NCBI RefSeq assembly: GCF_963921235.1
Contig: NC_086097.1
Coordinates: forward strand, 110,424,001 to 110,488,000
DNA length: 64,000 bases
Source: Mobula hypostoma
Taxonomy: Eukaryota
Direction: 5' to 3'
In this document: positions 38,965-51,720 of the stretch, in pieces
Layout of the letters: each line of letters opens with the position of its first letter
How positions within the stretch are numbered: the stretch's first letter is position 1
Made by a program: the position numbers and the translations under genes
Notes under the pieces: generated by a model
Database searches by the model: none
Told to the model about the DNA's origin: nothing
What the model saw: the letters and a program-made list of their open reading frames with translations, nothing else

Positions 38965-39555
38965 AAACATAGAAAACCTATAGCACAATACAGGCCCTTC
39001 GGCCCACAATGCTGTGCTGAACATGTATTTACCCTAGAAATTACCTTGGATTACCCATAGCCCTCTACTTTTCTAAGCTCCATGTACCTATCCAGGAGTC
39101 TCTTAAAAGACCCTATCGTATCTGCCTCCACCACCATCACCAGCAGCCCATTCTACGCACTGACCACTCTGCGTAAAAAACTTACCCCGACCTCTCCTCT
39201 GTACCTATTTCCAAGCACCTTAAAACTGTGCCCTCTCGTGTTAGCCATTTCAGCTCTGAGAAAAAGCCTCTGACTATCCACATGACCAATGTGGATCTCA
39301 TCATCTTATACACCTCTATCAGGTCACCTCTTATTCTTTGTCGCTCCAAGAAGAAAAGGCCAGGTTCACTCAACTTATTCTCATAAGACATGCTCCCCAA
39401 TCCAGGCAACATCCCTGTAAATCTTCTCTCCACCCTTTCTATGGTTTCCACATCCTTCCTGTAGTGAGATGACAAGTGGGGTCTGACTAGAGTCCTATAT
39501 AGCTGCAACATTACCTCTCGGCTCCTCAACTCAATCCCACGGTTGATGAAGGCTT
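38965..39555 (-). mobile_element. CR1 3' fragment
   Basis: SREVMLQLYRTLVRPHL plus 3' UTR matching 36760-37340. Confidence 0.88.
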
Positions 39556-42129
39556 TAATGCCTTAATGATGCCTGTGAAATCATGACAGTGAACTTCAAA
39601 TGTACTGTTGGGTTTCTCTACGCTATGACAGGGTGAAACTGGCAAAGGGGTGCTGCAGAATGAGTGGCCATTGGAATGATAGCAGGAAAATAGAAAAGCG
39701 CATGGATAGACTGCTGGGGAACAACGCTGCAGGAGGCATATTCTTTGAGCAAGGGGTATATGGGAAACCCCCAGTTCTCCAGCCAGGCATTCCAGGAAGA
39801 TACCAAAGGGGACACAAACATAATCCGAGCAATCATTTATAACATCAGCTGTAAGACTTTTAATTAGTATGTAAAACAGGAGGAAATCAGTGCAGAGAAA
39901 GGAGAATTTAAAACGAGGTGTAAGGAAATGGCAGGGGAATTAAAGACATACTTTGAGAATGTTTTCATGGCAGAAGGCAGAAGAAATATCCTAGAACCAA
40001 GAGAATCAAGGATCTGATGTGAATAAGGACATTAAACAATCACCATTTTTGAAAATATTAAAGCAATAAATGAATCTTAAAAATGGCCCGATGAACTATT
40101 TTCCAAAATATAGTGAGTGGTAGCTATGAAAGTAGTGGATAGCTACTAGAATGGTTCTTGTACATTGGACAAAAGCAAGTGTCAAGGAGAAATACAGTTA
40201 ACTAAAAGGCTTTTCAGCTATCAAATCCACATCAACCAACTACCTACCCATAAACACTAAATCTATATTAATCCCATTTTCTTATTCTCTCCGGATTTTC
40301 ATCAACTTTCCCCAGATCTTCAGTGGTTTGATCCGGGCACGACTGCACAAGCGCGTGGACATTAGCCAGTGAGAACAGCAAAAAGAGTTTAAAAGGAGAC
40401 AGTTATTTCTTCAGCAGTTTGATCAGGGCATGACTGCGCAAGCGCATGGGCATCAGCCACTGAGAACAACAAGAAGAGTTTAAAAGGATGTGAGGAAGAG
40501 TTTAAAAGGAGACAGCTTTGTAGAGCAGGTGCTGGAGGAGTGGGCGACAGAGTAGAGGGAGACAGTAGGAAGGCTTTGGCTCAATGGGGTTTTGGCGTTA
40601 ACTGGTTGAGGTGAGGTAGGTTATCTGTGTAGAATACAGACAGGAAGAATATGTGTGAGGCCGGTGTTCTGGGCTTGGTGTCAAATGTGGGAAGTCCGGG
40701 AGACTCTCAGCCTCCCGGACGTCTCACATCTGTGTCAGGTGCATTGAGCTGTAGCTCCATAGGGGCTGTGGCAGAGAACTGGAGATACAGTTCGATGACT
40801 TTCATCTGGTGAGGGAAAGTGAGGAGGTGAGAGATAGGAGCTATAGGTAGGTAGTCACACCGGGGCCTGGGGAGACAGATAAGTGGGTAACAGTCAGGGG
40901 AAGGAAGGGCAGGAGTCAGAGGCTAGAGAGTACCCCAGTGGCTGTACTCCTTGGCAATAAGTACTCCTGTTTGAGTACTGTTTGGGGGACGGTCTACCTG
41001 GGGGAAGCAACAATGGCCGCACCTCTAGCACAGAGTCTGGCCCTCTGGCTCAGAGGGGTAGGGAAGGGAAAAGGATAGCAACAGTGATAGGGGACTCTAT
41101 AGTTAGGGGGTCAGACAGGCGATTCTGTGGATGCAGGAAAGAAAAATGTGGATGGTAGTTTGCCTCCCAGGTGCCACATTCTGGGATGTTTCTGATCGTG
41201 TCTACAATATTCTGAAGTGGGAAGAAGAACAGCCAGAGGTCGTGGTACATATTGGTACCAATGACATAGGCAGGAAAACGGAGGAGGTCCTAAAAACAGA
41301 CTACAGGGAGTTAGGAAGGAAGTTGAAAAGCAGAACCACAAAGGTAGTTATCTCGGGATTATTGCCTGTGCCACGTGACAGTGAGTACAGGAATAAAGTG
41401 AGGTAGAGGATAAATGCATGGCTGAGGGGTTGGAGCAGGGGGCAGGGATTCAGATTTCTGGATTATTGGGACCTCTTTTGGGGCAGGAGCAACCTGTACA
41501 AAAAGGACTGGTTGCACTTGAATCCCAGGGGCACCAATATCCTGGCGAGAGTTTGAACTAGGATTGCTGGACCAATATCCTGGCGAGAGTTTAAGCAAGG
41601 ATTGCTGTGGGGTGGGAACCAAACTGAAGAAACGGTGGAAGGAGTGGTTGGCTCACAAATAGAGAAAGCTTGGAGACGGTGTGAGAGGAAGGATAGGCAG
41701 GTGATCGAGAAGTGACACGCTCAGACCGATGGTTTGAGATGTGTCTATTTTAATGCAAGGAGTATTGTGAACAAAGCGGATGAGCTTAGAGCGTGGATCA
41801 GTACTTGGAGCTATGATGTTGTGGCCATTACAGAGACTTGCAAGGCTCAAGGGCAGGAATGGTTGCTTCGAGTGTCAGGCTTTAGATGTTTCAGAAAGGA
41901 CAAGGCGGGAGGCAAAAGAGATGGGGGTGTGGCACTGTTGATCAGAGAGTGTCACAGCTGCAGGAAAGGAGAAAGTCATGGAGGGATGGTCTACGGAGTC
42001 TCTGTGGGTGGAAGTTAGGGACAGGAAGGGGTCAATAACTCTACTGGGTATCTTTTATAGACCTCCCAATAGTAACAGGGACATCGAGGGGCAGATAGGG
42101 AGACAGATTCTGGAAAGGTGCAATAACAG

Positions 42130-42719
42130 GTGATGAGGTTGTATAAGGCATTGGTGAGGCCGAATCTGGAGTATTGTGTTCAGTTTTGGTCACTAAATTA
42201 CAGGAAGGATATAAATAAGGTTGAAAGAGTGCAGAGAAGGTTTACAAGGATGTTGGCGGGACTTGAGAAACTCAGTTACAGAGAAAGGTTGAACAGGTTA
42301 GGACTTCATTCCCTGGAGCGTAGAAGAATGAGGGGAGATTTGATAGAGGTATATAAAATTATGATGGGTATAGATAGAGTGAATGCAAGCAGGCTTTTTC
42401 CACTGAGGCAAGGGAAGAAAAAAAACCAGAGGACATGGGTTAAGGGTGAGGGGGGAAAAGTTTAAAGGGAACATTAGGGGGGGCTTCTTCACACAGAGAG
42501 TGGTGGGAGTATGGAATGAGCTGCCAGACGAGGTGGTAAATGCGGGTTCTTTTTTAACATTTAAGAATAAGTTGGACAGATACATGGATGGGAGGTGTAT
42601 GGAGAGATATGGTCTGTGTGCAGGTCAGTGGGATTAGGCAGAAAATAGTTTGGCACAGCCAAGAAGGGCCAAAAGGCCTGTTTCTGTGCTGTAGTTTTTC
42701 CATGGTTTCTATGGTTTCT
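42130..42719 (+). mobile_element. Second-family CR1 3' fragment inserted into the CR1 endonuclease
   Basis: 8-bp TSD AATAACAG (42122-42129, 42720-42727); LYKALVRPNLEYCVQFWS; TTTCCATGGTTTCTATGGTTTCT tail. Confidence 0.9.
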
Positions 42720-43137
42720 AATAACAGAGTTGTCGTGGTAGTAGATTTTAATTTCCCAGAAAGTGATTGGCATCTCCCTACAGCAAGGGGGTTAGATGGG
42801 GTGGAGTTTGTTCGGTGTGTTCAAGAAGGTTTCCTGACACAATATGTAGATAAGCCTACAAGAGGAGAGGCTGTACTTGACTTGGTATTGGGAAATGAAC
42901 CTGGTCAGGTGTCAGGTCTCACAGTGGGAGAGCATGTTGGAGATAGTGAGCACAATTCTTTCTCCTTTACCATTGCATTGGAGAGGGATAGGAACAAACA
43001 AGTTAGGAATGTGTTTAATTGGAGTAAAGGGAATTATGAGGCTATCAGGCAGGAACTTGGAAGCATAAATTGGGAACAGATGTTCTCAGGGAAATGTATG
43101 GCAGAAATGTGGCAAATGCTCAAGGGATATTTGCGTA

Positions 43138-46100
43138 CAGGGGCAGTGCTGAGGTGGTGCGTATAGCACCAACAGAAATTACAATAGCACCACCAAGAAA
43201 TTAACTGACATTTCACATACAAATGGCAGCTGCTTTGCTTTCTCTGTATACTTTTGAATACAGCTTGTTTCTCCAGTTCATCTAGTGAAACAGCACCCCC
43301 AATTCCCATAGCACCCACACAGCAATAAAGTTATAAACACTGTGCTGGTCTAAGGTCAGATCCACTCTACACTTCTGCTTATTCATTCATTGTCAATGTC
43401 TTGCCATTGCTCTCCTCAGATCAGTTAAGCTGATCTAAGATCACTAGATCACTTAAGGTGGTGATGTCACTCACTCTCACTCATGCAAGAGATTGATAGT
43501 ATACATACATTGTGCAGGATCCAGATGCAGATCCACGGTCTCGCAACACTAACGGATGCCACACACACACAAGCTAGCGTGGGCCTGGCAAGTGTATTAT
43601 TTTGGCGGGCGTGAAAAATGGATCGATTTTTAGTGAGAAAACGACCTCATGCAGAGGAATCAGTGGTGTCTCAGCCTGAGTCTGTCTTAATTGAAAGTGA
43701 CATGCAGAAAGAGGTAAGTGGGGATGAGGACAACAGCAGTTCATCGAAGGAGTGTGAGGGCAAAGAAGAGGAACAAGAAATGGAGCGGGATTCGGAAGAG
43801 AATGTGGATGAAGCTGCTCTTAGTGCTAATGGGAATACTGTTAGCGATGTTAGCCAGCAGCCTGAGGAAGGACTCCATTGGCCTGCATTGAAAAAGTACC
43901 CTTTGCTGCTCGCAACAGTTTGGCCATCAGCAAAGGAGTTTTATTCGTGGCAGGTTTCACCTGTACTCCTGGCTGGAATATTTGATCATAAAAGATACCA
44001 CGTTCTGCTTCGCATGCAGGCATTTCCTGTGTGGAGGATATGGGTTCCATTCTGAGTCTACCTTCATTGTCACCGGTTACCACAACTGGCGGAAAGCTAC
44101 AACAGCTTTCAAAACTCACCATGTAAGTGTAGCTCATAAGTTTGCTATGGAGGCATGGGCCGAATTCAGATTGAGAAAACAAAACGGTTCAAGGTTGGGA
44201 AATATGCTTGACAAAGGACATGCAAAGATTGTCCAAGAAAATTGTGAGTATATGAGAGCAGAGGTTGAGTCTCTACGCTATACTGCGTGCCAAAGCATTG
44301 CCCAGCAAGGACACCGCCAGGATGATGGTTCTGGCAATAGGGGAAACTTTGGTGAGTTGCACAGTGGAATTGGACAGTTTGATAAGACCGTAGCTAAAAA
44401 AAAAAGAGGATAATCCTGGAAATGCAAAAAACACCCATCGCGATATCCAAAATGAAAATATGGGTATTATGGCAGATATGGTCAGACGTCAAATAAGTGC
44501 AGAAATCAAGGAGGCTGGACATTTTGCCGTCATGGTGGATAAAAGTAAAGACTTGAGTAAAAAGGAGCAAATATCAGTGGTGGTGCGGTATTTGAATAAC
44601 GAAACAGTGCTTGAAGAATTCTTGCATTTCAGTGCAGCAGAAGGGTTGGACGCAGAGTCGCTTCTTTAAAGCATTGGACAGACACTCGCCCAGTGTGTTA
44701 TTGATAAGAATGCGTGTATAAGTCAGTGTTATGACAGGGCAGCAGTGATGTCCAGGTGCAATAACAGGCTACAAGACAGGTTCAGGAAAGAGGTCCCGCA
44801 GGCATTATATATACACTGCCAAGCTCACAGACTTAACCTTGTTTTAGTGGATGTTGTGAGCAATGTACAACAAGCGTGAAGCAGGCGGGTGAGTTTTTTG
44901 AAACTGTGCAGCTGCTTTACAACTTCTTTTCAAACTCTGTTGCCCACGATCTTTTCATGAAGAAACAGAGAGAACTGGAATCAACTGCACAGCCCGTGGA
45001 GTTGAAGAAATTGTCAGATATATAGCTTTGTGGACTATAAGGAAATCACTTCCCGCCATTCTAGCTACACTACAGGATATTATGGGTCAACCAAATGCAC
45101 GGAGGAAAATGGAGGCCAGAGCTGTAAATGGAGTGATTGACGAGCAGTTTGCTTTACTTCGCACTCTGTTTGAGGATTTATTCCGAGTCACCAAGTTCAT
45201 GTCAGACCAGCTACAATCTCCCAGTTTGGAGCTTTCATCCGCTGTAGACTTGGCTCAGTCTGTTATCGATGCACTCTCAGCAAAACGGCGAGATGAATCA
45301 TGGAGTGAAATTCAGGCAAGAGCTAGGGACCTGTGCGTCAAGGCCAGTATACAGAGCAGACCGCATGAAAGGAGATAGGCGAACCCACCTGCTGCCTACA
45401 TGATCTTGTTGTTGAGGCCCAAACCGAACACATACCTGTCACATCCTCTGATGACCTTCGCAAGCACTGTTTCTATCGGGTTATAGACAGACTTCTGACT
45501 GAAATGAAAAGACAGTTCTCAATTGAGACTGGCAGTGTTTTGACTGGAGTCTCAGCATTGAGTCCCAAACACAAGCTCTTCCTAGACAAGAATTGTCTTT
45601 GGCCAATGGCCCAATACCATTGACTGAACTGAACCTGACTGCAGAGCTACATCAGGTTTGGCATCTGCTAGAAACAAAACAAAAGCAAGGACAGACAGTG
45701 AATGACACAGAGGAATTTCTAGCTCTAATGAGACCCTACCGGGATGCAGTTATAGATTTATACAAACTAATCTGCATATCACTGATTCTACCTGTGACAT
45801 CTGCTTCATGCAAATGGAGTTTCTCTTGCCTCAGACACCTCAAAAACTGCCTAAGGAATAGCAGCGGTGCTGCTCGGAACAGCAACTTGGCCCTGTTGGC
45901 CATAAACAGCCGGAGGACCAAAGCACTTGACATCCAAAAAATCATTGATGCTTTTACCACCAATCACAACAACAAACAGATTGTGCTTCTCTGAAAACAT
46001 CAATGGTGAGTGCAATTGATTTTGTTGAAATTTGGGCCAAGACTAATGCTGATTATTATTATTATTTTGTGGTGGATACCCCATAGTCCTCATGTTTCCT

Positions 46101-46706
46101 GCAAATCCTAAAATATTACATTTACTGCTATTAAGCCTCCTGGTTTTGCTTAGACCTCCAAGTGGTGATTCTGTTGATTTTTGTTTTAAATTCAGTAGCC
46201 CAATTAATTGAGGTATTGCATGGTCAGAGTACGATTTGTCCAACTCCTGGTAAAGCCTTGCATCTGTTGTTTGCCTTATTTGAGGGTGTATCTTTTGGCC
46301 TTGTCTGTCTACGTAATACGAGTGGCAGTAGACATTGTGGGTTAGTGTTGTGTTTTTCAGTTGAAAAGCATGCATTTGATGCTGATTGCAGGATTGGTGC
46401 ATGAATCACAGTGTGCGCTGTGAGTCGGATGCTCTGTTGGCTTGTCTGTTTATGCTCTGTGTAGCCCGAGTTGTCTCCGATGCTGTTGACACTGTCACAG
46501 TTCACTTCTATATTATATCTATCAATTGCTGCTTGAGAACCAACAGAGGCATTTATAGTAGGCACGTAATGCTTGAAACTGACTTTTGAACGTCACGCGT
46601 CTGGCCTTGCGAATACATATTACCATACAGTACATCCCTCAGCACCATCACTGAATAATTCAGCCCCACTGTAGCACCAGCAAGAAAAAATCTCTGGCGC
46701 CGCCAC
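43138..46706 (+). mobile_element. hAT (Tip100/ZMYM1-like) transposon with pseudogenised transposase
   Basis: TTGCGTA duplicated at 43131-43137 and 46707-46713; imperfect TIR CAGGGGCAGTGC / GCGCCGCCAC. TTF finger FCFACRHF..GYHNWRKA, GNRGNF, FAVMVDKSKDLSKKEQISVVVRY, YIHCQAHRLNL, LPVTSASCKWSFSCL. Confidence 0.9.
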
Positions 46707-48839
46707 TTGCGTAGCGTTCTACATAGGTACGTTCCAATGAGACAGGGAAAGGATGGTAGGGTAGAGGAACCATGGTGTACAAAGGCTGTTGTAAATCTAG
46801 TCAAGAAGAAAAGAAGAGCTTACGAAAGGTTCAAAAAACTAGGTAATGATAGAGATATAGAAGATTATAAGGCTAGCAGGAAAGAGCTTAAGAAAGAAAT
46901 TAGGAGAGCCAGAAGGGGGCATGAGAAGGCCTTGGTGGACAGGATTAAGGAAAACCCCAAGGCATTTTACAAGTATGTGAATAGCAAGAGGAAAAGACAT
47001 GAGAGAATAGGAGCAATCAAGTGTGACAGTGGAAAAGTGTGTATGAAACTGAAGGAGACAGCAGAGGTACTTAATGAGTACATTGCTTCAGTATTCACTA
47101 TGGAAAAGGATCTTGGAGATTGTAGGGATGACTTGCAGCAGACTGAAAAGCTTGAGTATGTAGATATTAAGAAAGAGGATGTGCTGAAGCCTTTGGAAAG
47201 TATCAAGTTGGATAAGTCACCGGGACCGGACGGGATGTACCCCAGGCTACTGTGGGAAGCCAGGGAGGAGATTGCTAAGCCTCTGGCGATGATCTTTGCA
47301 TCATCAATGGAGATGGGAGAGGTTCCAGAGGATTGGAGGGTTGCAGATGTTGCTCCCTCATTCAAGAAAGGGAGTAGAGAGAGCCCAGGAAATTATAGAC
47401 CACTGAGTCTTACTTCAGTGGTCGGTAAGTTGATGGAAAAGATCCTGAGAGGCAGGATTCATGAACATTTGGAGAGGCATAATATGATGCGGAATAGTCA
47501 GCATGGCTTTGTGAAAGGCAGGTCGTGCCTTATAAGCCTGATTGAATTTTTTGAGGAATGTGACTAAGCACATTGATGAAGGTAGAGCAGTAGATGTAGT
47601 GTATATGGATTTCAGCAAGGCATTTGATGAGGTAGCAAAGATCCCATGCAAAGCTTATTGAGAAAGTAAGGAGGCATGGGATCCAGGGTGACATTGCTTT
47701 GTGGATCCAGAACTGGTTGCCCACAGAAGGCAAAGAGTGGTTGTAGATGGGTCATATTCTGCATGGAGGTCAGTGACCAGTGGTGCGCCTCAGGGATCTG
47801 TTCTGGGACCCCTACTCTTCATGATTTTTATAAATCACCTGGATGAGGAAGTGGAGGGATGGGTTAGTAAATTTGCTGATGACACAAAGGTTGGGGGTGT
47901 TGTGGATAGTGTGGAGGGCTGTCAGAGGTTACAGCGGGACATTGACAGGATGCAAAACTGGGCTGAGAAGTGGCAGATGGAGTTCAACCCAGATAAGTGT
48001 GAGGTGGTTCATTTTGGTAGGTCAAGTATGATGGGAGAATATAGTACTAATGGTCAGACTCTTGGTAGTGTGGAGGATCAGAGGGATCTTGGGGTCCGAG
48101 TCCATAGGACACTCAAAGCTGCTGCGCAGTTTGACTCTGTGGTTAAGAAAGCATACTGTGTATTGGCGTTCATCAATCGTGGGATTGAGTTTAGGAGCCG
48201 AGAGGTAATGTTGTAGCTATATAGGACCCTGGTCAGACCCACTTGGAGTACGGTGCTCAGTTCTAGTCACCTCACTATAGGAAGGATGTGGAAAGCATAG
48301 AAAGGGTGCAGAGGAGATTTACAAGGATGTTGCCTGAATTGGGGAGCATGCCTTATGAGAATAGCTTGAGTGAATCCGGTCTTTTCTCCTTGAAGTGATG
48401 AAGGATGAGAGGTGACCTGATAGAGGTGTATAAGATGATGAGAGGCATTGATTGAGTGGACAGTCAAAGGATTTTTCCTAGGACTGAAATGGCTAGCATG
48501 AGAGGGCATAGTTTTAAGGTGCTTGGAAGTAGGTACAAAGGAGATGTCGGGGTAAGTTTTTTATGCAGAGAGTGATGAGTGTGTGGAATGGGCTGCCGGC
48601 GACAGTGGTAAAGGCGGATACGATGGGGTCTTTTAAGAGACTCCTGGATAGGTACATGGAGCTCAGAAAAATAGAGAGCTATGGGTAACCTGAGGTAATT
48701 TCTAAAGTAAGTACGTGTTCGGCACAGCATTGTGGGCTGAATGGCCCGTATTATGCTGTAGGTTTTCTGTGTTTCTATCGGCACAATAGAGCCAACTAGC
48801 TTATGAACCTGTACAACTCTGGGATGAGCAACGGGATAA

Positions 48840-50330
48840 CTAGGGAAAGGGTTCGGCCACTGAAGAATAAAGAAGGAAAGGTCTATTTGGTAGAAGAGGA
48901 TGTGGGATAGGTCCTAATTGAGTAATTGGCATCAAGGAGAAGGACGTGAAGTATAGGGAGATCAATGTGGTGTTTGCTAGTCTGAGATAAAGATGGATAT
49001 ATCCCCTGGGCCAGGTTGCACCAGGCCATTGAGAGAAGCAGGTTATGAGGTTGCTGTGGACTTGATCAAGATTTTTAGGTCCTCCCCAGCCGCAGGCGAG
49101 ATCTTGGAGGAATGTCAAATTGCTAAAGCTGTTCCATTATTTAAGAAAGAGAACAGGGATAATCCTGGCAGTTATAGACCCGTGAATCTCACATCAGTTG
49201 TAGGGAAGCTATTGAGAGAATTTTTAAAACCATGGCTTAATTAGGGACAGTTGGCATGGCTTTACGTGGGGCAAGATTTGTCTCACTAACTTGATTGAAT
49301 TCTTCCAGATTTATCCAGAAGATTAAAGTGCATTGAATCCATGGTGAGTTGAGTTGTTTGGATTCACAATTGGCTTGCCCAGAGAAGACAAAGGATAGAG
49401 GTTGATGGACACGTGCTGGTTCGAGGTCTTTGACTCATGGTGTTCTGCAGGAATCTTTGTTGTTTGTAATATATATAAATGGTTTGGATGAAAATATCAA
49501 TGGGTGGGTTCAGAAGTTTTGCAGCAGATACCAAGATTGGTGGTGTGAATAGTGTGGAAGCTGGATATAGATCAGCTGCAGATATGAGAGGAGAATCGCG
49601 GATAGAGTTTAATTCAGCCAAATGTGAGGTGTTGCACTTCGGGGTATCAAATGTAAAGGGACAGTAGACTGTTTACAGCAAGACCATTAACAGTGCTGAT
49701 GTACAGACAATATAGTGGTCCAGGTCTTTAGATCCCTGAAAGTGGCTGATCGGCAGGTAAAGGAGGAACTGTAGGGCATGCTTGCTGTTATTAGTTAATG
49801 CACTGAGTTCACGATTGAGAAGTTATGTTGCAGCTTCATCACATTACAGTTAGGCTACATCTGGAGTATTGCATACAGCTCTGGTTGTCTCATTATAAGA
49901 ATGATGTACAGCCTTTTGAGAGTGCGGAAGTGGTTTACCATGATGCTGCCTGGATTAGAGGGCATGTGCTATAAAGAAAGGGTGGACAAGCTTGGGTTGT
50001 TTTCTCTGAGGCAATGTGACAGAAGGAAAATCTTGTAGAGGTTTATAAGTTTATGAGAATCATCAAAAGGTAGACAGCTGATATCTTTTTCTCAAGGTTG
50101 AAAACGTCGTATCAGAGGGCCTGCATTTAAAGTGAGAGAGGGTAAACTGAAAGGAGATATGTGTGGGAAGTTTACTTCATACTCACAGTGGTGGATGCCA
50201 GGAATGGTGGTGGACATGATTATGATAGAGGCGTTCAATAGGCACATTAATGTGCAGAGAATGGGAGGGCTATGGACATTATGTTGGCAGAAGGGATTAG
50301 TTTAATGAGTTATTTAATTACTAGCTTAAT
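48840..50330 (+). mobile_element. Older CR1 ORF2 fragment
   Basis: VPLFKK..NPGSYRPVNLTSVVGKLL, FAADTKIGG; many stops. Confidence 0.8.
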
Positions 50331-50421
50331 TGATTAGGTCTAAGTGCCTTTTCCTGCGCTGTACTGCTCTGTGCTCTATTTGGGAGGAAACCAGAGCACT
50401 CGGAGAAAACCCATGTGGTCA

Positions 50422-50650
50422 GGGGGGAACGTCGACTAAGACCATGAGAGGCCTGCATCGGGCATTTTCATGCCTTACAAGGCGCAGATTGGAAGTCTGT
50501 GTGGGGCGCCACTCCTTGCACAGACACTAGAGCAATGTGTGATTAAGTGCCTTGCTCAAGGACACAAACATGCTGCCACAGCTGAGGCTTGAACTAGCGA
50601 CCTTGAGATCACTAGACGAATGCCTTAACCACTTAGCCATGTGACCAACA
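50422..50650 (-). mobile_element. tRNA-derived CORE-type SINE (copy B)
   Basis: Minus strand: TGGCTAAGTGG A box, GTTCAAGCC B box, TGTGTCCTTGAGCAAGGCACTTAA CORE motif. Confidence 0.82.
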
Positions 50651-50839
50651 ATAAGCCTTCTTCAAGTCTTGGTTTCTGTCAAACCAACAAAAAACATTGA
50701 CTGATTAACTAATAACTCTCCATAACAGTTCTGTAATATGTCAACCTAAACTTTCTTATAACAGGAATTCATAGCATTTAGGTTCACAACGGGTTCCTTA
50801 AGGTTGTCAAAGCCAGGGAAGGTAGTGAGGATAACCACC

Positions 50840-51480
50840 CACATTCTTCTAAACTCTAGCGAGTACAGGCCCAGAGCCATCAAATGCTCCTCATTCACAT
50901 GAACGTCCTCTCCAATACCAGCATACCTTTTCTTGGAAAGAGGGCCAAAACTGCTCACAATATTTTAGGTGCAGTCTGACCAATGCCTCGGCATTAAATC
51001 TTTGCTCTTATATTCTAGTCCTCTTGAAAGGATTGTTAAAATAGTATTTCCCTTCATTACCACCAACTCAACCCACAGAATCCTGCACAAGATCTCCCAA
51101 GTCACCTTACATCTCAGAGTTGTAAATTTTGTCCTCGTTTAGAAAATAGTCCCCTCACTACATTCTATCTGCCTCTTCTTTGCCCATTCTCCCAATCTGT
51201 CTAAGTCCTTCTGCAGATTTCTCCTTCCTCAAAACTACAATCCCCTCCACCTATCTTAGAATTGTTCACAAATTTGGCCACAAAGCCATCATTTCTGTCA
51301 TCCAAATCACTAACTTATAACATGAAAAGAAGCAATCCAAACACCACTCCTGCAGAACATCAGTAATCACTGGCAGCCAAGCAGGAAAGGCTGCCATTAT
51401 TCCCACTATTTGCTTCCTGCCTGTCAGCCAATCTTCTATCCATATTAGTATCTTTCCTGTCATGCCATGGGCTCTTTTCC
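50840..51480 (-). mobile_element. CR1 RT relic between the two SINEs
   Basis: WIEDWLTGRKQIVG...; homologous to 22950-23465. Confidence 0.75.
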
Positions 51481-51489
51481 TTGTCGGGG

Positions 51490-51720
51490 GGCGGGGAACA
51501 CGTCGACTCAGACCATGAGAGGCCTGTGTTGGGCATTTTCATGCCTTACAAGGCGCAGATTGGAAGTCTGTGTGGGGCGCCACTCCTCGCACAGACACGA
51601 GAGCAATGTGTGATTAAGTGCCTTGCTCAAGGACACAAACATGCTGCCACAGCTGAGGCTCAAACTAGCAACCTTGAGGTCACTAGACGAATGCCTTAAC
51701 CACTTGGCCACGTGCCCACA
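51490..51720 (-). mobile_element. tRNA-derived CORE-type SINE (copy A)
   Basis: Close match to 50422-50650 in the same orientation. Confidence 0.82.

Larger units (their letters stand above)
40320..48778 (+). mobile_element. Near full-length CR1 LINE (5' UTR repeats, esterase ORF1, APE endonuclease, RT, 3' UTR) split by two insertions
   Basis: About 91-bp 5' tandem units; ORF1 GDSIVRG and VVHIGTND (SGNH esterase); APE YFNARSI, AITET, DFNFP, LDLVL; RT SPGPDG, QHGFVKGRSC, PQGSVLGPLLF, FADDTK; TTTCTGTGTTTCTAT tail. Confidence 0.92.

Noticed and set aside
43618..45994. Domesticated ZMYM1/ZBED-like gene
   Set aside because: Multiple stops and frameshifts, and it lies within TIRs inside a CR1, so it is a dead transposon.
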